Assembly: GCF_018350175.1 (NCBI RefSeq) | Contig: NC_058368.1 | Span: forward strand, 123,196,001-123,260,000 | Direction: 5' to 3' | From: Felis catus | Lineage: Eukaryota | Length of the DNA: 64,000 bases | Part shown: piece by piece, positions 53,301 to 62,654 of the stretch | Layout: each line of letters opens with the position of its first letter | Numbering within the stretch: position 1 is the stretch's first letter | Translations under genes and position numbers: made by a program | The notes under the pieces: generated by a model | Database searches by the model: none | Seen by the model: the letters and a program-made list of their open reading frames with translations, nothing else | What the model was told of the DNA's origin: nothing

Positions 53301-54154
53301 TATCTTTCCGATTTTATAGAAAATCAGCCCAGGGAAGATCCTGCAATTACCAGAATTATTCAATATTACATTTTGGGTCTGGTATAGGTCTTCTGACTTC
53401 AGAGCTTATGCTCTGCTACTATCCCTTGGTTATCAGGAGATTCTGAAAACCAGGAGCTCTAGAAAAGGGATTACATATCTCAATTAAATAAAAATTAGCT
53501 ACCTTGAAAGGAAATTTCCTGACAAAGATTTTCAAAGATGTAATGAGACCATAGATTTCCACTTTCAAACCAAAGTAAATCTCCTGGGGTGGATGTGAGG
53601 ACTAAACTGGAGGTTTAGGTTTGGAACAACAGTGCTCCTGGTGCTCCAGGTGGTACTAGCTGATAACACACAGGAATATGGAAGAAAACTTCCTGAGGCC
53701 CTTGCCTTCTTCTAAAAATCAGAGAGATGATTAAATTCTTACAACCCAAAGAAGCTATAATAGTAAAGCATCAGTGTTGGAGGAATTGGATTTAAGGTCT
53801 GACCAAATGTGAGACCTTGGCAAGTCACTAGCCTTCTCTGGAGCTCAGTTCCCTGCTCTGTGAAACGATGTTAATGACACCTACCTCTTTTCATTACCAT
53901 GAGGACCACATGTAATCAAGCACAGAGTTCGTATTTGTGTCTGTCTCAACAGGTAGTATGTACTAGGTGTCCAGTACTCATTGAATCAATTGAATAAATG
54001 TGGAAGTGATTTTAAATGGTGAGTTCGTGGCAGAATGCAGTGATCTGTGGATTTCTCTAACTACAACATAACTATAAATGTATAGCCCACATCTCTATTA
54101 TATCTCTGAGTTTCTAGCACCTAAACTATCCATCTTCTCTTCCAGGACAAATGA
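1143..54154 (+). CDS. SPINK5: SPINK5/LEKTI multi-domain Kazal-type serine protease inhibitor; spliced CDS of exons 5-33 (5'-partial)
   Basis: 29 AG/GT-bounded exons join in frame (2904 nt) to give 14 Kazal/LEKTI domains ([23 protein letters not shown]) separated by K/E-rich linkers; exon sizes follow the human SPINK5 pattern. Confidence 0.97.
1415..1643 (-). mobile_element. Can-SINE (SINEC_Fc-type)
   Basis: tRNA-derived head, (CT)n and A-tail on the minus strand; TSD ctccttttactat. Confidence 0.93.
3295..3358 (+). CDS. SPINK5: SPINK5 exon 6: [21 protein letters not shown]
   Basis: 64 nt, ccag|..|gtgagg; carries the sixth Cys of D2. Confidence 0.95.
3947..4140 (-). mobile_element. Can-SINE (older copy)
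   Basis: SINE head and tail; TSD-like cacatcat. Confidence 0.85.
4457..4584 (+). CDS. SPINK5: SPINK5 exon 7, D3: [43 protein letters not shown]
   Basis: 128 nt, tcag|..|gtaagt. Confidence 0.96.
6002..6068 (+). CDS. SPINK5: SPINK5 exon 8 linker: [22 protein letters not shown]
   Basis: 67 nt, acag|..|gtaaat; frame-compatible. Confidence 0.93.
6313..6545 (+). mobile_element. Young SINEC_Fc
   Basis: ggggcgcctgggtggcgcagtcggttaagcg head; TSD aagaaaaaaagagaga. Confidence 0.93.
6582..6825 (+). mobile_element. SINEC_Fc in tandem with the previous copy
   Basis: Own TSD agaaaa(t/c)atgcaaatt. Confidence 0.92.
6960..7051 (-). mobile_element. Extremely 5'-truncated L1 3' end
   Basis: Reverse complement ctgggtgttgtatggaaaccaatttgacaataaac plus A-tail; TSD tagagttttt; same sequence as the copy at 29428. 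Confidence 0.8.
7219..7434 (-). mobile_element. Can-SINE (older copy)
   Basis: SINE body; TSD gagattgt. Confidence 0.85.
7443..7860. repeat. 197-bp tandem duplication with an extra 22-bp copy at the junction
   Basis: 7443-7639 versus 7664-7860, three mismatches seen; 7642-7663 repeats the start of the unit. Confidence 0.95.
8085..8428 (+). mobile_element. Solo LTR, ERV-like
   Basis: TG...CA ends, TATA-like tttaaata ~8264, AATAAA at 8341, U5-like tail; TSD not clear. Confidence 0.65.
10324..10451 (+). CDS. SPINK5: SPINK5 exon 9, D4: [43 protein letters not shown]
   Basis: 128 nt, gaag|..|gtgagt. Confidence 0.95.
11783..11870 (+). CDS. SPINK5: SPINK5 exon 10 linker: [29 protein letters not shown]
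   Basis: 88 nt, ctag|..|gtgatg. Confidence 0.92.
11911..11942. repeat. (TG)16 microsatellite
   Basis: Read directly from sequence. Confidence 0.95.
12720..12845. repeat. Polypyrimidine (TTCC/CTCC)n tract
   Basis: Read directly from sequence. Confidence 0.85.
12957..13084 (+). CDS. SPINK5: SPINK5 exon 11, D5: [43 protein letters not shown]
   Basis: 128 nt, ttag|..|gtgagt. Confidence 0.96.
14333..14414 (+). CDS. SPINK5: SPINK5 exon 12 linker: [27 protein letters not shown]
   Basis: 82 nt, tcag|..|gtgagt; RSKR furin motif. Confidence 0.94.
14862..15093 (-). mobile_element. Can-SINE with a (TG)n microsatellite in its tail
   Basis: SINE head at the 15093 end; (TG)n at 14880-14914. Confidence 0.85.
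15792..15919 (+). CDS. SPINK5: SPINK5 exon 13, D6: [43 protein letters not shown]
   Basis: 128 nt, gcag|..|gtgagt. Confidence 0.96.
16092..16326 (-). mobile_element. Probable L1 5'-end fragment flanked by a 13-bp direct repeat
   Basis: Direct repeat agaataattcctg at 16079 and 16327; the reverse complement contains gagtgacatcaccatgatggc near its start, resembling L1M 5' ends. Confidence 0.55.
17420..17498 (+). CDS. SPINK5: SPINK5 exon 14 linker: [26 protein letters not shown]
   Basis: 79 nt, ttag|..|gtgagg; RNKR furin motif. Confidence 0.93.
17822..17949 (+). CDS. SPINK5: SPINK5 exon 15, D7: [43 protein letters not shown]
   Basis: 128 nt, acag|..|gtgagt. Confidence 0.96.
18093..18119. repeat. 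(CA)n microsatellite
   Basis: Read directly from sequence. Confidence 0.9.
19115..19131 (-). promoter_or_regulatory. CTCF-binding motif
   Basis: Minus strand reads TGACCACTAGGTGGCAG, a close match to the CTCF core consensus. Confidence 0.6.
19312..19530 (+). mobile_element. Can-SINE with a small internal duplication
   Basis: TSD aattccttatcaa; caggtcat(g/a)atct repeated. Confidence 0.92.
20540..20588 (+). CDS. SPINK5: SPINK5 exon 16 linker: [16 protein letters not shown]
   Basis: 49 nt, acag|..|gtaatt. Confidence 0.92.
21680..22200 (-). mobile_element. L1 3'-end fragment (L1MA/L1_Carn-like)
   Basis: Typical L1 3'UTR antisense motifs (agctttattaagatttaattgacata ... agattacacatatgagtgagatcatacagtat). 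Confidence 0.8.
22579..22706 (+). CDS. SPINK5: SPINK5 exon 17, D8: [43 protein letters not shown]
   Basis: 128 nt, ccag|..|gtgagt. Confidence 0.96.
22796..23005 (+). mobile_element. Young SINEC_Fc
   Basis: TSD agaaatgtgtagaatat. Confidence 0.93.
23698..23919 (-). mobile_element. Can-SINE
   Basis: TSD tgaggaaaatgtttaaat. Confidence 0.93.
24773..24860 (+). CDS. SPINK5: SPINK5 exon 18 linker: [29 protein letters not shown]
   Basis: 88 nt, gcag|..|gtagtt. Confidence 0.93.
26446..26943. mobile_element. MLT1-type MaLR LTR
   Basis: Characteristic MLT1 motifs (ggtggcctaaagcaaaac, ggataatccaag..atctccccatctcaagg, cctgcaaagt). Confidence 0.75.
26972..27235 (-). mobile_element. Can-SINE with an expanded (TTTC)n tail
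   Basis: (TTTC)n at ~26972-27050 followed by SINE body. Confidence 0.88.
27520..27647 (+). CDS. SPINK5: SPINK5 exon 19, D9: [43 protein letters not shown]
   Basis: 128 nt, gcag|..|gtgagt. Confidence 0.96.
28294..28360 (+). CDS. SPINK5: SPINK5 exon 20 linker: [22 protein letters not shown]
   Basis: 67 nt, gcag|..|gtagtt. Confidence 0.93.
28478..28685. mobile_element. MER58-like hAT DNA transposon
   Basis: atagtagatattttaggttgtggccat..aaagcagccgtaga..aataaaactttatt motif. Confidence 0.7.
28827..29065 (+). mobile_element. Very young SINEC_Fc with a ~40-nt A tail
   Basis: TSD aaaaaatggaaacaaaag; near-consensus body. Confidence 0.94.
29428..29549 (+). mobile_element. 5'-truncated L1 3' end
   Basis: gagggcaccttttggaatgagcactgggtgttgtatgg plus A-tail; imperfect TSD aaat(t/c)gt(g/a)tgtgtttag. 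Confidence 0.85.
29708..29835 (+). CDS. SPINK5: SPINK5 exon 21, D10: [43 protein letters not shown]
   Basis: 128 nt, ttag|..|gtgagt. Confidence 0.96.
31401..31503 (+). CDS. SPINK5: SPINK5 exon 22 linker: [34 protein letters not shown]
   Basis: 103 nt, ccag|..|gtgaga. Confidence 0.94.
32452..32665. mobile_element. MER58-like hAT DNA transposon
   Basis: ctgtaaaaggccagatagcaaatattttaggc ... atagtttgctgaccc. Confidence 0.72.
32917..33044 (+). CDS. SPINK5: SPINK5 exon 23, D11: [43 protein letters not shown]
   Basis: 128 nt, tcag|..|gtaagt. Confidence 0.96.
33783..34043 (-). mobile_element. Can-SINE with an expanded (GA)n tract
   Basis: SINE head and tail; TSD ctgaaattttt. Confidence 0.9.
36281..36350 (+). 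CDS. SPINK5: SPINK5 exon 24 linker: [23 protein letters not shown]
   Basis: 70 nt, tcag|..|gtgagt. Confidence 0.92.
36655..37140. mobile_element. MLT1-type MaLR LTR
   Basis: gctgctgtaacaaatt..agtggcttgaaacagcac..ctggagttcagaagtcc motifs. Confidence 0.75.
37250..37377 (+). CDS. SPINK5: SPINK5 exon 25, D12: [43 protein letters not shown]
   Basis: 128 nt, ttag|..|gtgagt. Confidence 0.96.
37485..37710 (+). mobile_element. Can-SINE filling half of intron 25
   Basis: TSD taaaac(a/t)gatc. Confidence 0.88.
37800..37878 (+). CDS. SPINK5: SPINK5 exon 26 linker: [26 protein letters not shown]
   Basis: 79 nt, caag|..|gtagtg; contains an A10 run. Confidence 0.93.
38287..38542 (-). mobile_element. Can-SINE
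   Basis: TSD caatttgggctttaaa. Confidence 0.9.
38569..38725 (+). mobile_element. Internally deleted Can-SINE
   Basis: Head plus (CT)n tail; TSD aatgttca. Confidence 0.8.
39250..39440 (+). mobile_element. L1 3'-end fragment
   Basis: atcactatgttgtatacctgaaactagtataatattgtacgtcagttatacctc terminal motif. Confidence 0.75.
39743..39965 (+). mobile_element. Young SINEC_Fc
   Basis: TSD aaaagtagttctggag. Confidence 0.93.
40756..40976 (+). mobile_element. Can-SINE just upstream of exon 27
   Basis: TSD aagttttagagatcag. Confidence 0.92.
41023..41150 (+). CDS. SPINK5: SPINK5 exon 27, D13: [43 protein letters not shown]
   Basis: 128 nt, tcag|..|gtacgt. Confidence 0.96.
41210..41428 (-). mobile_element. 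Can-SINE just downstream of exon 27
   Basis: TSD gagata(g/a)tt. Confidence 0.88.
42171..42243 (+). CDS. SPINK5: SPINK5 exon 28 linker: [24 protein letters not shown]
   Basis: 73 nt, gcag|..|gttatt (weak donor). Confidence 0.92.
42251..42435 (-). mobile_element. Can-SINE inserted at the exon 28 donor
   Basis: TSD caaag(g/a)ttattt at 42239 and 42437. Confidence 0.85.
43131..43218 (+). pseudogene. Inactivated pseudo-exon, homologue of the human LEKTI-long 30-aa insertion exon (intron 28)
   Basis: Reads [15 protein letters not shown](K)/[13 protein letters not shown] across a frameshift; 88 nt; flanked by ttgg| and |ctgagt instead of AG/GT. Confidence 0.75.
43328..43455 (+). CDS. SPINK5: SPINK5 exon 29, D14: [43 protein letters not shown]
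   Basis: 128 nt, ctag|..|gtgagt. Confidence 0.96.
44347..44446 (+). CDS. SPINK5: SPINK5 exon 30 linker: [33 protein letters not shown]
   Basis: 100 nt, atag|..|gtaaga. Confidence 0.93.
44947..45117 (-). mobile_element. Partial Can-SINE
   Basis: SINE body lacking the A tail. Confidence 0.75.
45435..46260 (-). mobile_element. L1 3' fragment interrupted by a Can-SINE (45969-46183)
   Basis: L1 3'UTR motifs; SINE TSD tataacacatattcttt. Confidence 0.8.
47030..47240 (+). mobile_element. Can-SINE
   Basis: SINE body and tail; TSD-like taaaga(t/c)actga. Confidence 0.87.
47539..47770 (+). mobile_element. Can-SINE
   Basis: TSD aagaaaaaagagaagcag. Confidence 0.9.
48715..48845 (+). CDS. SPINK5: SPINK5 exon 31, D15: [44 protein letters not shown]
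   Basis: 131 nt, tcag|..|gtaagt; classical Kazal motif. Confidence 0.96.
49022..49245 (+). mobile_element. Young SINEC_Fc
   Basis: TSD aaaatagagaagactg. Confidence 0.93.
50325..50548 (+). mobile_element. Young SINEC_Fc
   Basis: TSD aataatttgtgtgttta. Confidence 0.93.
51573..51663 (+). CDS. SPINK5: SPINK5 exon 32: [30 protein letters not shown]
   Basis: 91 nt, ttag|..|gtaagt; sixth Cys of D15. Confidence 0.94.
54146..54154 (+). CDS. SPINK5: SPINK5 exon 33 coding part (DK-stop), followed by a ~290-nt 3'UTR
   Basis: pyrimidine tract plus ccag|GAC AAA TGA; AATAAA downstream. Confidence 0.88.
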   Translation, partial: DK

Positions 54155-54419
54155 TGGAAGAATTGGTGAAAGCCATGAGGGAAAATATATGCCCTAATTC
54201 TGAATCGCCTCTCACCATCTGTATATACAAAGAATTCTTCAGAGCTTCTTATTTACTATAGAAAATGATACAGTGCTGTTGGGGGAATGGACTCACTGAC
54301 TTTCAGTCTTTCCCATCTCTTTCCTCCTAGAATCTGTGATCCAAGGGCACAGAGATATCTCCATCTGTCCGTGCTTGAAAATCTCCTGATCACAATGCTG
54401 TCTGTTCAACTACTTGTTC

Positions 54420-54425
54420 AATAAA
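54420..54425 (+). terminator. SPINK5 polyadenylation signal
   Basis: AATAAA ~265 nt after the stop codon, with U-rich sequence downstream. Confidence 0.8.
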
Positions 54426-54872
54426 AGTAAACCCAGCAGAACACTATTTCTGGGATTTCTTCATCACTGCCTGGATTTACAGGCTTTACAGAAGCTGAAA
54501 ACTACCCTTTTGTCTTGCTAAGCTATTGGTGGACACAAAATGCTCACTTTTTTTTCAGTTTCAAGTTGCTGTCCTAGTTAGGAAGAAATGTCTAGAAGAG
54601 AGGTAAGGAGGTATGGGATCCAGGCATTCAAGAGCTGTATAAAGCCAAACCAGCTATGAATCACCTTCCGTATCTGTCACTTTACCAGCTCTCCTATGTA
54701 ACTTCCGTATTTCCATGCAGAGCGTAACTACCTCTGTGACACAGATACCATCCAAAGACACAAACCAGTAGTTTCTCAGATTCGGTCGTGTTGCCTATTG
54801 ACCATTTCCTATATCACAGTCTGGGAGAAGACTAAGCAGATGAGAATTACCAGTGTGTTGCAAATCTCTAGA

Positions 54873-55359
54873 GCAGCACAATCCAATAGAAAAAGAATTC
54901 AAGTCACATGTAATCTCAAATTTTCTAGTAGGTAAAGAAATGGGTAAAATCAACTTTAATAATGTTTTTTTAATTTTTTTTTCAACGTTTATTTATTTTT
55001 GGGACAGAGAGAGACAGAGCATGAACGGGGGAGGGGCAGAGAGAGAGGGAGACACAGAATTGGAAACAGGCTCCAGGCTCTGAGCCATCAGCCCAGAGCC
55101 TGACGTGGGGCTCGAACTCACGGACCGTGAGATCGTGACCTGGCTGAAGTCGGACGCTTAACCGACTGCGCCACCCAGGCGCCCCAATAATGTATTTTAT
55201 TTAGAACCCAGTATGTCAAAACTCTTATTATTTCAAAATATAGTCAATATACACTTTCATTTTAGCAGGTCATTGATATTTTATATTCACAGCATACCTG
55301 TTTGGACCAACCACATTTCAAGTGCTACATGTAGCTAGAGGCCACCAAATGAGACAGTG
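54873..55359. mobile_element. MER33-like hAT element interrupted by a minus-strand SINEC_Fc (54965-55185)
   Basis: tccaatagaaa..cacatgtaat..aaattttctagtag and ccacatttcaagtgct motifs; SINE TSD aataatgt. Confidence 0.7.
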
Positions 55360-56864
55360 AGCTAATGCACTTGAGAAATTAACCAGGGAATACAAGTGCG
55401 AGGTAGGGGTGGGATGGAACAACTTGTAAGCTCCTGCCTCAGCGCTGAAACTCTGTCACGTTCAGCATCTTGATACTGACGTCCTGTGACAGCACCTAGA
55501 TTGGATAAACACATCCTAGAGGGAAAAAGCTATGGAGAATCCATCATGGTTGAAGTTGTTCTCAGCTGAAGAACTGTACCCAGAATGGTAGGTCTACTTG
55601 GATTTGGGGAGTTAACTTTGTTTTTTTCCTCTGCCCTTTTCTCTTAGATAAGTTGTTGCTAGGGCAATTACAGTTAGGATTTTGTAATCATTGTCCTTTG
55701 TAACTGCGTGAAAAATCAATTCTATGCTGTTTTTCCCCTTATGTTATTATTAAGGTAACAGAAAAAAAAAAAAGGTTATAAATCCTTTTTTTTTTTTCAA
55801 GCATGAAAATACTGTCATTTCTGGAAAGAAAAAAAAGTGAGAAAACAATGTTGCTATTTTCTTTGGCAATTCCAGGATATAAGGGATGGGTTAGAGATTC
55901 TTTAACATGAGATTGTATCTCCTAAGTGGGTAGTTCTCGGAAATCCAGAAACTCTATTTTCATGGCCAAGACATATTGTTTTTTGAGAAGTAGTTGCTTT
56001 TTTATGTCACTTTGAACATTTGAAATATAAACAATAAACCGTTTACAAATATTCAACTTTCATTATTTTTTCTATTATGATTATCATTATTAGCTAATAT
56101 GCACAAAAACTTTGTTACCCATGTTTAAGACTTAACCAATCCTTGATAGTCATTCTGAGCACCAGGGCAAATGTGGTTTAGGAATAGGATGGAGTGGAGG
56201 ATAAGATGGTCTGGAGTGGGATTAAACAGGGAGATGGAAAAAGGCTCAGGGACCCAGGGAAGGTCAAGAGTAAAGTGGGGGGTGCAGATGTCAGGAATGG
56301 GATGGGTACCAAGAAAAATAGAGAGTGGACTGAGTTGCAGGGATTGGGGTTGAGTGTGAATGTGTTGAACATGTTACTTGGAATTTAAAACAAAGCTGAA
56401 AGTTGATTTTTTTGGTGGGGGGACACAAACTAGAGGTGAATATAAAATGTCATCTGTGTCACAACGGTCACAACAAAATAGCTGCATTAATAATCAAGTA
56501 AACTAATTTTTGAGTTGCTTCTTGAGTTATGTCTTGATGGATGGTAGGCAGATGAAAACTGGACCCATCTCACTGAGGTTACACAAACCAGCTCTAAAAT
56601 TGTAGACCAGGACGTGACAAATGATCCTGTGTTGGAACTAAAAAAAAAACAAAACTATTTATATCACCTCTTCTTGGTCACTCTCACAGACTTATGCATT
56701 TCTCTATAACTGATGCTCTTTCAGATTCCATTTTCAGAATATGGGTTTTCATACATCTACCACTGTCAACTCCTTTATTTTCTCATGTAAGGGACTCACC
56801 TGAGATCTTCCTCTTTCTCTCAAGGCTACACAAACACCCAAGGAGAATACTTACCTACACTATG

Positions 56865-57070
56865 GGTAGGGAAAATTTTTCTGTAAACAGCCAGATAGTA
56901 AATATTTTAGGCTTTGTGGGATAAATAGTTTCTGTCACCACCACTCTATGCTGTTGTTGTGTGAATAAATGAATTTACATTATGTAAATAAATATACGTG
57001 GCTGTGTTCCATGTATATTTATAAAAATAGGTGGTGAACCAGGTTTGACCCGTGGGCTGGAACTCACTAA
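56865..57070. mobile_element. MER58-like hAT DNA transposon
   Basis: ttttctgtaaacagccagatagtaaatattttaggctttgtggg. Confidence 0.7.
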
Positions 57071-57977
57071 TAGGTAGGAATCTGTCAGTTGTCCCTCTTC
57101 TTTGTAACATGTTTGTCTTCTCTTTGCCCCCTTCTGTACTTTTAAACACCAACCACACTTCTCACTCCATGATAATAGAAAATAAAATAGAAATATAATA
57201 ATAGAATAAAATAAGAGAAATAATAAATGTTGACATTTCTAAACATTTAATATGTGCTTGGAACTGAAAAAAGCACATGGCAAGACTCACATTTGTACCC
57301 CAATCCAATATTCTTTGTGGCCTTCTTGGTTGACTTTGACCAAAGACAATATCATATTTTACACAGAGATAATGGTAAATGAAGTCAATATGTCCTGTGG
57401 TCTTTATAATGATGAGGGTATCTGTTTTCTTCCTGGAAAAAAAAAAAACATAGCAAGACATTCCTGTTCTTTCTTTGATGCCATTGTGGCACATAAGTCC
57501 CTTTTTCTTTCCAGTATTGAAATGAAAGTTCTATCTAAATAACATGTGACTATAAATCATTCTTTGAGCATGAGGAGAGAACAGAGGCAAGGACTTTGTC
57601 ATATGAGGATTAGTCCCAGGAAAGAAATCAAACAAAATATTTGTCATCCTTAATGGAAATTTCATGTGACCATAGAGCTCCTTCCAGATTATTTTGAGGG
57701 ATAATGTGCTGTCTTCCTCCAAGTCATTCTATGCTATTAACTACTTTTCATTATATCTTTGCTTCTCCTGTATCACGAAGCTATCAGAAAACAATGTACT
57801 TTTGCCATTCTAATCTGTTACAGTACTTGTAATATTTTTTAATGAATTTTAGACCCTCTTTTTTTCTCCAACAGAATTTTCCAATGGCCTTTCAACAGAC
57901 TTGTTTGTTTCCCTCCTTTACAGCTCTCTCTTAAAACAAACAAACAAACAAACAAACAAACAAAGAAAAAACTCCAA

Positions 57978-58195
57978 GGGCACCTGGGTGGCTCAGTCTG
58001 TTAAGCATCCGACCCTTGGTTTCCGCTCAGGTCATGATCTCATGGTTCATGGGATGGAGCCCCATGGGATCACTGTTAGCACAGAGACTGCTTGGGATTC
58101 TCTCTCTCTCTTCTCTTTCTGCCCCTCCCGGCTTGTGTGTGCACTGTTTCTCACTCAAAATAAATAAATAAATAAACTTTAAAAAAAAAATGAAA
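57978..58195 (+). mobile_element. Can-SINE preceded by (AAAC)n
   Basis: TSD gaaaaa(a)ctccaa. Confidence 0.87.
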
Positions 58196-61100
58196 AACTC
58201 CAAATGACCTCTTCCAAACACAGATCTGTTTAATTCCCCAGTTTAAATTTTTGAAGACTCCTATGAAGCAGCCACACTGTACCAGAACAAAGCAAAACGA
58301 GACAAACCTGAACTCTAGACATTGTCTTCTATCTTCTCCTCTCCTTTTCATCCTCCATAGAGTCAATCACTGCATCCAATAAACTCCAGTTCAAGCCATA
58401 GTCAATCCCTTCATGACTGGCCATATCATTCTTATAAATGATCTCCCTCTACAGCCTTCTCCCTTCCATCAAATTCTTTACTGTAGGCAGGGTAATGCTC
58501 TGAAATCCAAATCTGACGGTATTATTCTTAAAACCTGTAAGTGGCTTCTCTAGCCCCCAAGATTAACTCGAAACTCTTCCTGGTACAAATAAAAAATTGC
58601 TGACACTAATAGCTGAAAACAAACTAGTTACTTGAAAATATGAACTTATAAGATGTATCTCCCTCCCCACTACCCCTGTAGGCTAGATAGATTCATGAGG
58701 CGTTTCTCAGAAATATTAGCAAAAGCTGCAGCTGAAGAGGAATGCAAAGAGTAGCATGAGCCCAGAAAATATGTTGTGAAGTGTACTGTTGTAATTGACA
58801 TTGTACTTTCAACCAACTAATTTTGTTATCAGCTAAATATGTAATATGTACTGATAAGGTCTCAATCAGCAAAAGATTATTGTATTTAAGGTTGATAAAA
58901 TCTCAGATTGACAGAGTTAGAGAAAAACTAGAGATGACTTATCCAACATGTTTCAGATATGGGAATCCTGAAACCCAGAGGGGGGAAGTGATTTTCTGAG
59001 CTTACCCAAAATCAGAAATACAAATTCAGCTAAGTGGTTTTTAATCTCATGTTCCTTATACCATTCCCTCTGGCTTCATGAACCCTAGTTCCATGCTCTT
59101 CATACAAATAACATTATCTGATTATGTTTTCAGATAAAAAGGAATGGATTTTTCATCTAGTGATCCAGAATATTGCTCATGTCCTAAAGAAATGGTCACC
59201 TCTGTTTATGTGTGGAATAATTCAATTCCAAATCTAGGGAGTGTGTGGCAGGACAGAGAGTACATGTGCTGATTTTTTAGCACATAGTAATGGGATTAGT
59301 GATGAAAAGTGAATTCCAGTGGCTTGACTTACATGAAAGAAGTCTTGGAAGCAGTAATAAAGTAAGAAGTTTTCAACTATTATATTCTCACCTCTGGATC
59401 AATTTTGTGCCTGGAATTTTAAGTGTGAAAGTTGCCAGAACTTCTGTTCTGAGGACAGAACTTGCCACGGTCTCTACAAGTGAGTTATGGACAAGGTGTG
59501 TTCACAGGGGATATTTGCGTAAGTCACAGCCTTTGATCACAGGACAGACATTAATAAATCAAGCAGGAAATGCCACATCCTTCTCCACCCAGAAGTTGTT
59601 CCTATGCATTCAAAAGAGGAGTAGACAGCTGAGTGATTTCCAGTTATAAGCGCCCACTGAAGATTTGCTGGTGGAGCTATATAGCCCAATTAGCACTTAC
59701 CCAGAAGCACAAGATATTCCAGAGAAAACAAACATTGATAGTCATTTTAATGTCAGTATGTCAAGTCAAAGAAGAAATAATAACACAACATCTACAATAA
59801 GAGCAATAGTCAAAAGCTGTTAACTAGGTTTTTTTTGTTTTTTTTGTTTTTTTGGGTTTTTTTTTTGTATCTTTCCTTCCCCTCTATCACAAAGCTCTAA
59901 GAAAACAGTGTGTAGTTTATTTCAGCTACACTGGACAAAAGCATAAATAATAGGCAAGAAATTATCCTTCATGGCTTGAGTGCTTTGGGAAGTAACCCAA
60001 ATAGTAAAATTTTCAAGAGAAATGAAAGCGACCAAGTTCTGACACTGCCTAACACTGCTGCCTGGCAGCATCCTCAAACAGCAAAAGACTGCTGATGCTT
60101 GACTGTAAAAGGTGTCTGCTGAACCCTGGAGTCAACAGTTCTCAATCTCAATCGAAAATCACTCTGTCCCATGAGTGGCACAGAATCAGGGAACAACCTC
60201 AGGGAAGGGAACCATTTATGTCTGGACTGGACCATCAAGATGCAGGCAGCCACCATGACTGTCTAGAGATCAGAGGGCCTCTTCTGATTTTCTGGGCACC
60301 TGCTAAACAGCTCAGATCCTCATAAACCCCAATAATGAATGAGACCAAATGTCCCCAAAACCCAGCAGAACAGAGGACTTGGAATCAGTTTATTTAGAGA
60401 AATTTTATAATTTTATTTAGAGAAAAAGAAGGAATAGATAATTTTGTACATCTACATTATTGATCAAAGCTCACACCTACTATGTGTGGATCTTATTGAG
60501 GGTTGCCAGGACTTCATGTGGGATTCATATCCACATCAAGGGCTTGCTTCCCTTGAATCACAGCCAATCAATTATTTTTGAAACAAGATCTTGAACCTGT
60601 AGAGGAACTGGTAACAGAAGTTGGTATGGATTTGAAGTCGCTTTGGGACAACTTTTGATTTGGGCAATGTATTGTGATGATGCTGAATTTTACACAATCC
60701 TACACACTCATTTTAAATCTTTAGATAGTTACTGAGTAGATGGCAAAAGGAAGAAAAATGTAGTGTTGGTAGAATTTGTTGACAGGGTTAATTTCTCTGT
60801 CATTCCTGTGGGAATTTCCAGAAAGGAAGGAATATGGGAAGTAGATTTAGGAGGTATTATTCTTGAACTCTGAATTTTAAAAAAAACATCAAACAAACAA
60901 AAACCCTTATATTCTTTCTGGAGAGAAACACACACACACACAAATTAAAGCCTAGTTGGTGAGAGATTGGCTGTGAGTATGAAAATCAGAAGAAACGAAG
61001 ACTCCTCTAAGTTTTCCTGGATTGGGTTGCTACTGGCAGATATTAGCAGAGTGAAACTGGAGAGAAGCCACTAAAAATGAGATTTAGCAACAAAGTTTGC

Positions 61101-62654
61101 TAGGAACATATTGAACTAGAAGATCCTATGGGATGCCAGGATGGTGATGTCCAGATAGCAGTAGAGAATTGAGTGCAGGACCCAGGCAGCAAATACTTCC
61201 TCACCTTCTCTGGGATACCAAGTCGGGACAGAAACCCCATGCTGACCCAGGGCTGTGTGATGGTTTGAGAAGTTACGGCATTAGCAGAATAAATCCTGTG
61301 CTAGAATCTAGGGATTTATTTCACTGCATGGTCTTGGACAAGATATTCTCCCTCCCAGGGCCTCACTTCCTTTTGTGTGTGTTTTCTAGGTCAGTTTTCA
61401 AATGGATTTGCATGGAGCCTTATAGTATGTGGTGGAAAAGCAGGGGCTCTTGAATCCTGTCTTGCTTCTATTTAAGTGACTGCCTTTTTAAAACTGTTTC
61501 ATTTGTTGCTTACCTCATAAAATTACATTTAGAAAGAAATGTAAAGTTCCATTTCTTAATTAAATAACAGTAATGAAGAGTTTGAAAGTCACAGGCCTAA
61601 ATGCTTGCCCTTGGCCTTGCCAGATCCAGCATATCACTGAGCCATGGTTCTCATTTCTGTTATCTACTTAGAACTTGTGACTCTAATCAGATGTTCCACT
61701 ATAACTTGGGAAGAAGATCATTTACCCCATTAAGAAGAGTTTCTGGAGCACATTTCATTATAGTATACATATTTCAAATGGTGAAGAAGCATTGAAATAT
61801 GGGTGAGGTGTAAGTACTCAAATTTCACAATAGGAGAAACCAAAATTATAGAATTATTTCTGAGAAAAAAAAGTGATATTGGAGATGAAAAGTGGGAGAT
61901 CGTAAGTTCTGAAATTGGAAGAACTAGTTTTGGATCAAGATTCTATTACTCATTAGCTGTCTACTTTGGGCAATTTTCTTAATTCCTCCAATCTTTGAGT
62001 TTGTCCTTTCGGAATTATCTCTGTCTTAACTCCACAGTAAATTTATCTTCTGGACAGCTGATGTTGATGACCACATCTAAGCACTTGGAAATCATTAGGC
62101 CTATATTATTGGGAAAAAAAAAAAAGGTTTGTTATCAGACATATATAGATAGGGGCACCAGAGACTGTGTTAAGCAGAATATCGTATTTGTAATCTTAAG
62201 AAGCATGACACTCTATGCTAAAATCTGGATTTTCATTATAAACAATCATTGTTGCTATTGACATAGCATATATGAATAAAAAAATACAGAATAGAAGCAT
62301 AAGTCTAGGATTCTGGAGGACTGGCTCTTACAACTATTAACTCTATGACTAAATAGAAAGCACTTAATCTTTCTGTATTTGTTGTCCCATCTGCTAAGTA
62401 GCAATAATACTGCATATTTCACAAGTTTGTTACAATCACTTAACAAGCCTTCATAGAATATCGAAATTGTCTTCCTACTCTAGAAAAGCAAGGTATTACA
62501 GCGCTAAGTATTCATGTACCACTGTACAACAAGAAATGTCCTCATTGCTTCTGTTTTCTGTTTCAACTTTCCTACATTTGATATCACCTTAAAACCCTTT
62601 ACGCATACCATCTTAATCTTTTTTTCTCTTTACTACACCTGTGATTTTTATGTG

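Noticed and set aside
56165..56360. G-rich, purine-skewed stretch
   Set aside because: No clear repeat unit and no coding signal.
60810..60819. GGGAATTTCC NF-kB consensus 2.4 kb upstream of the downstream gene
   Set aside because: A single 10-mer is plausible by chance in 64 kb; no supporting cluster.
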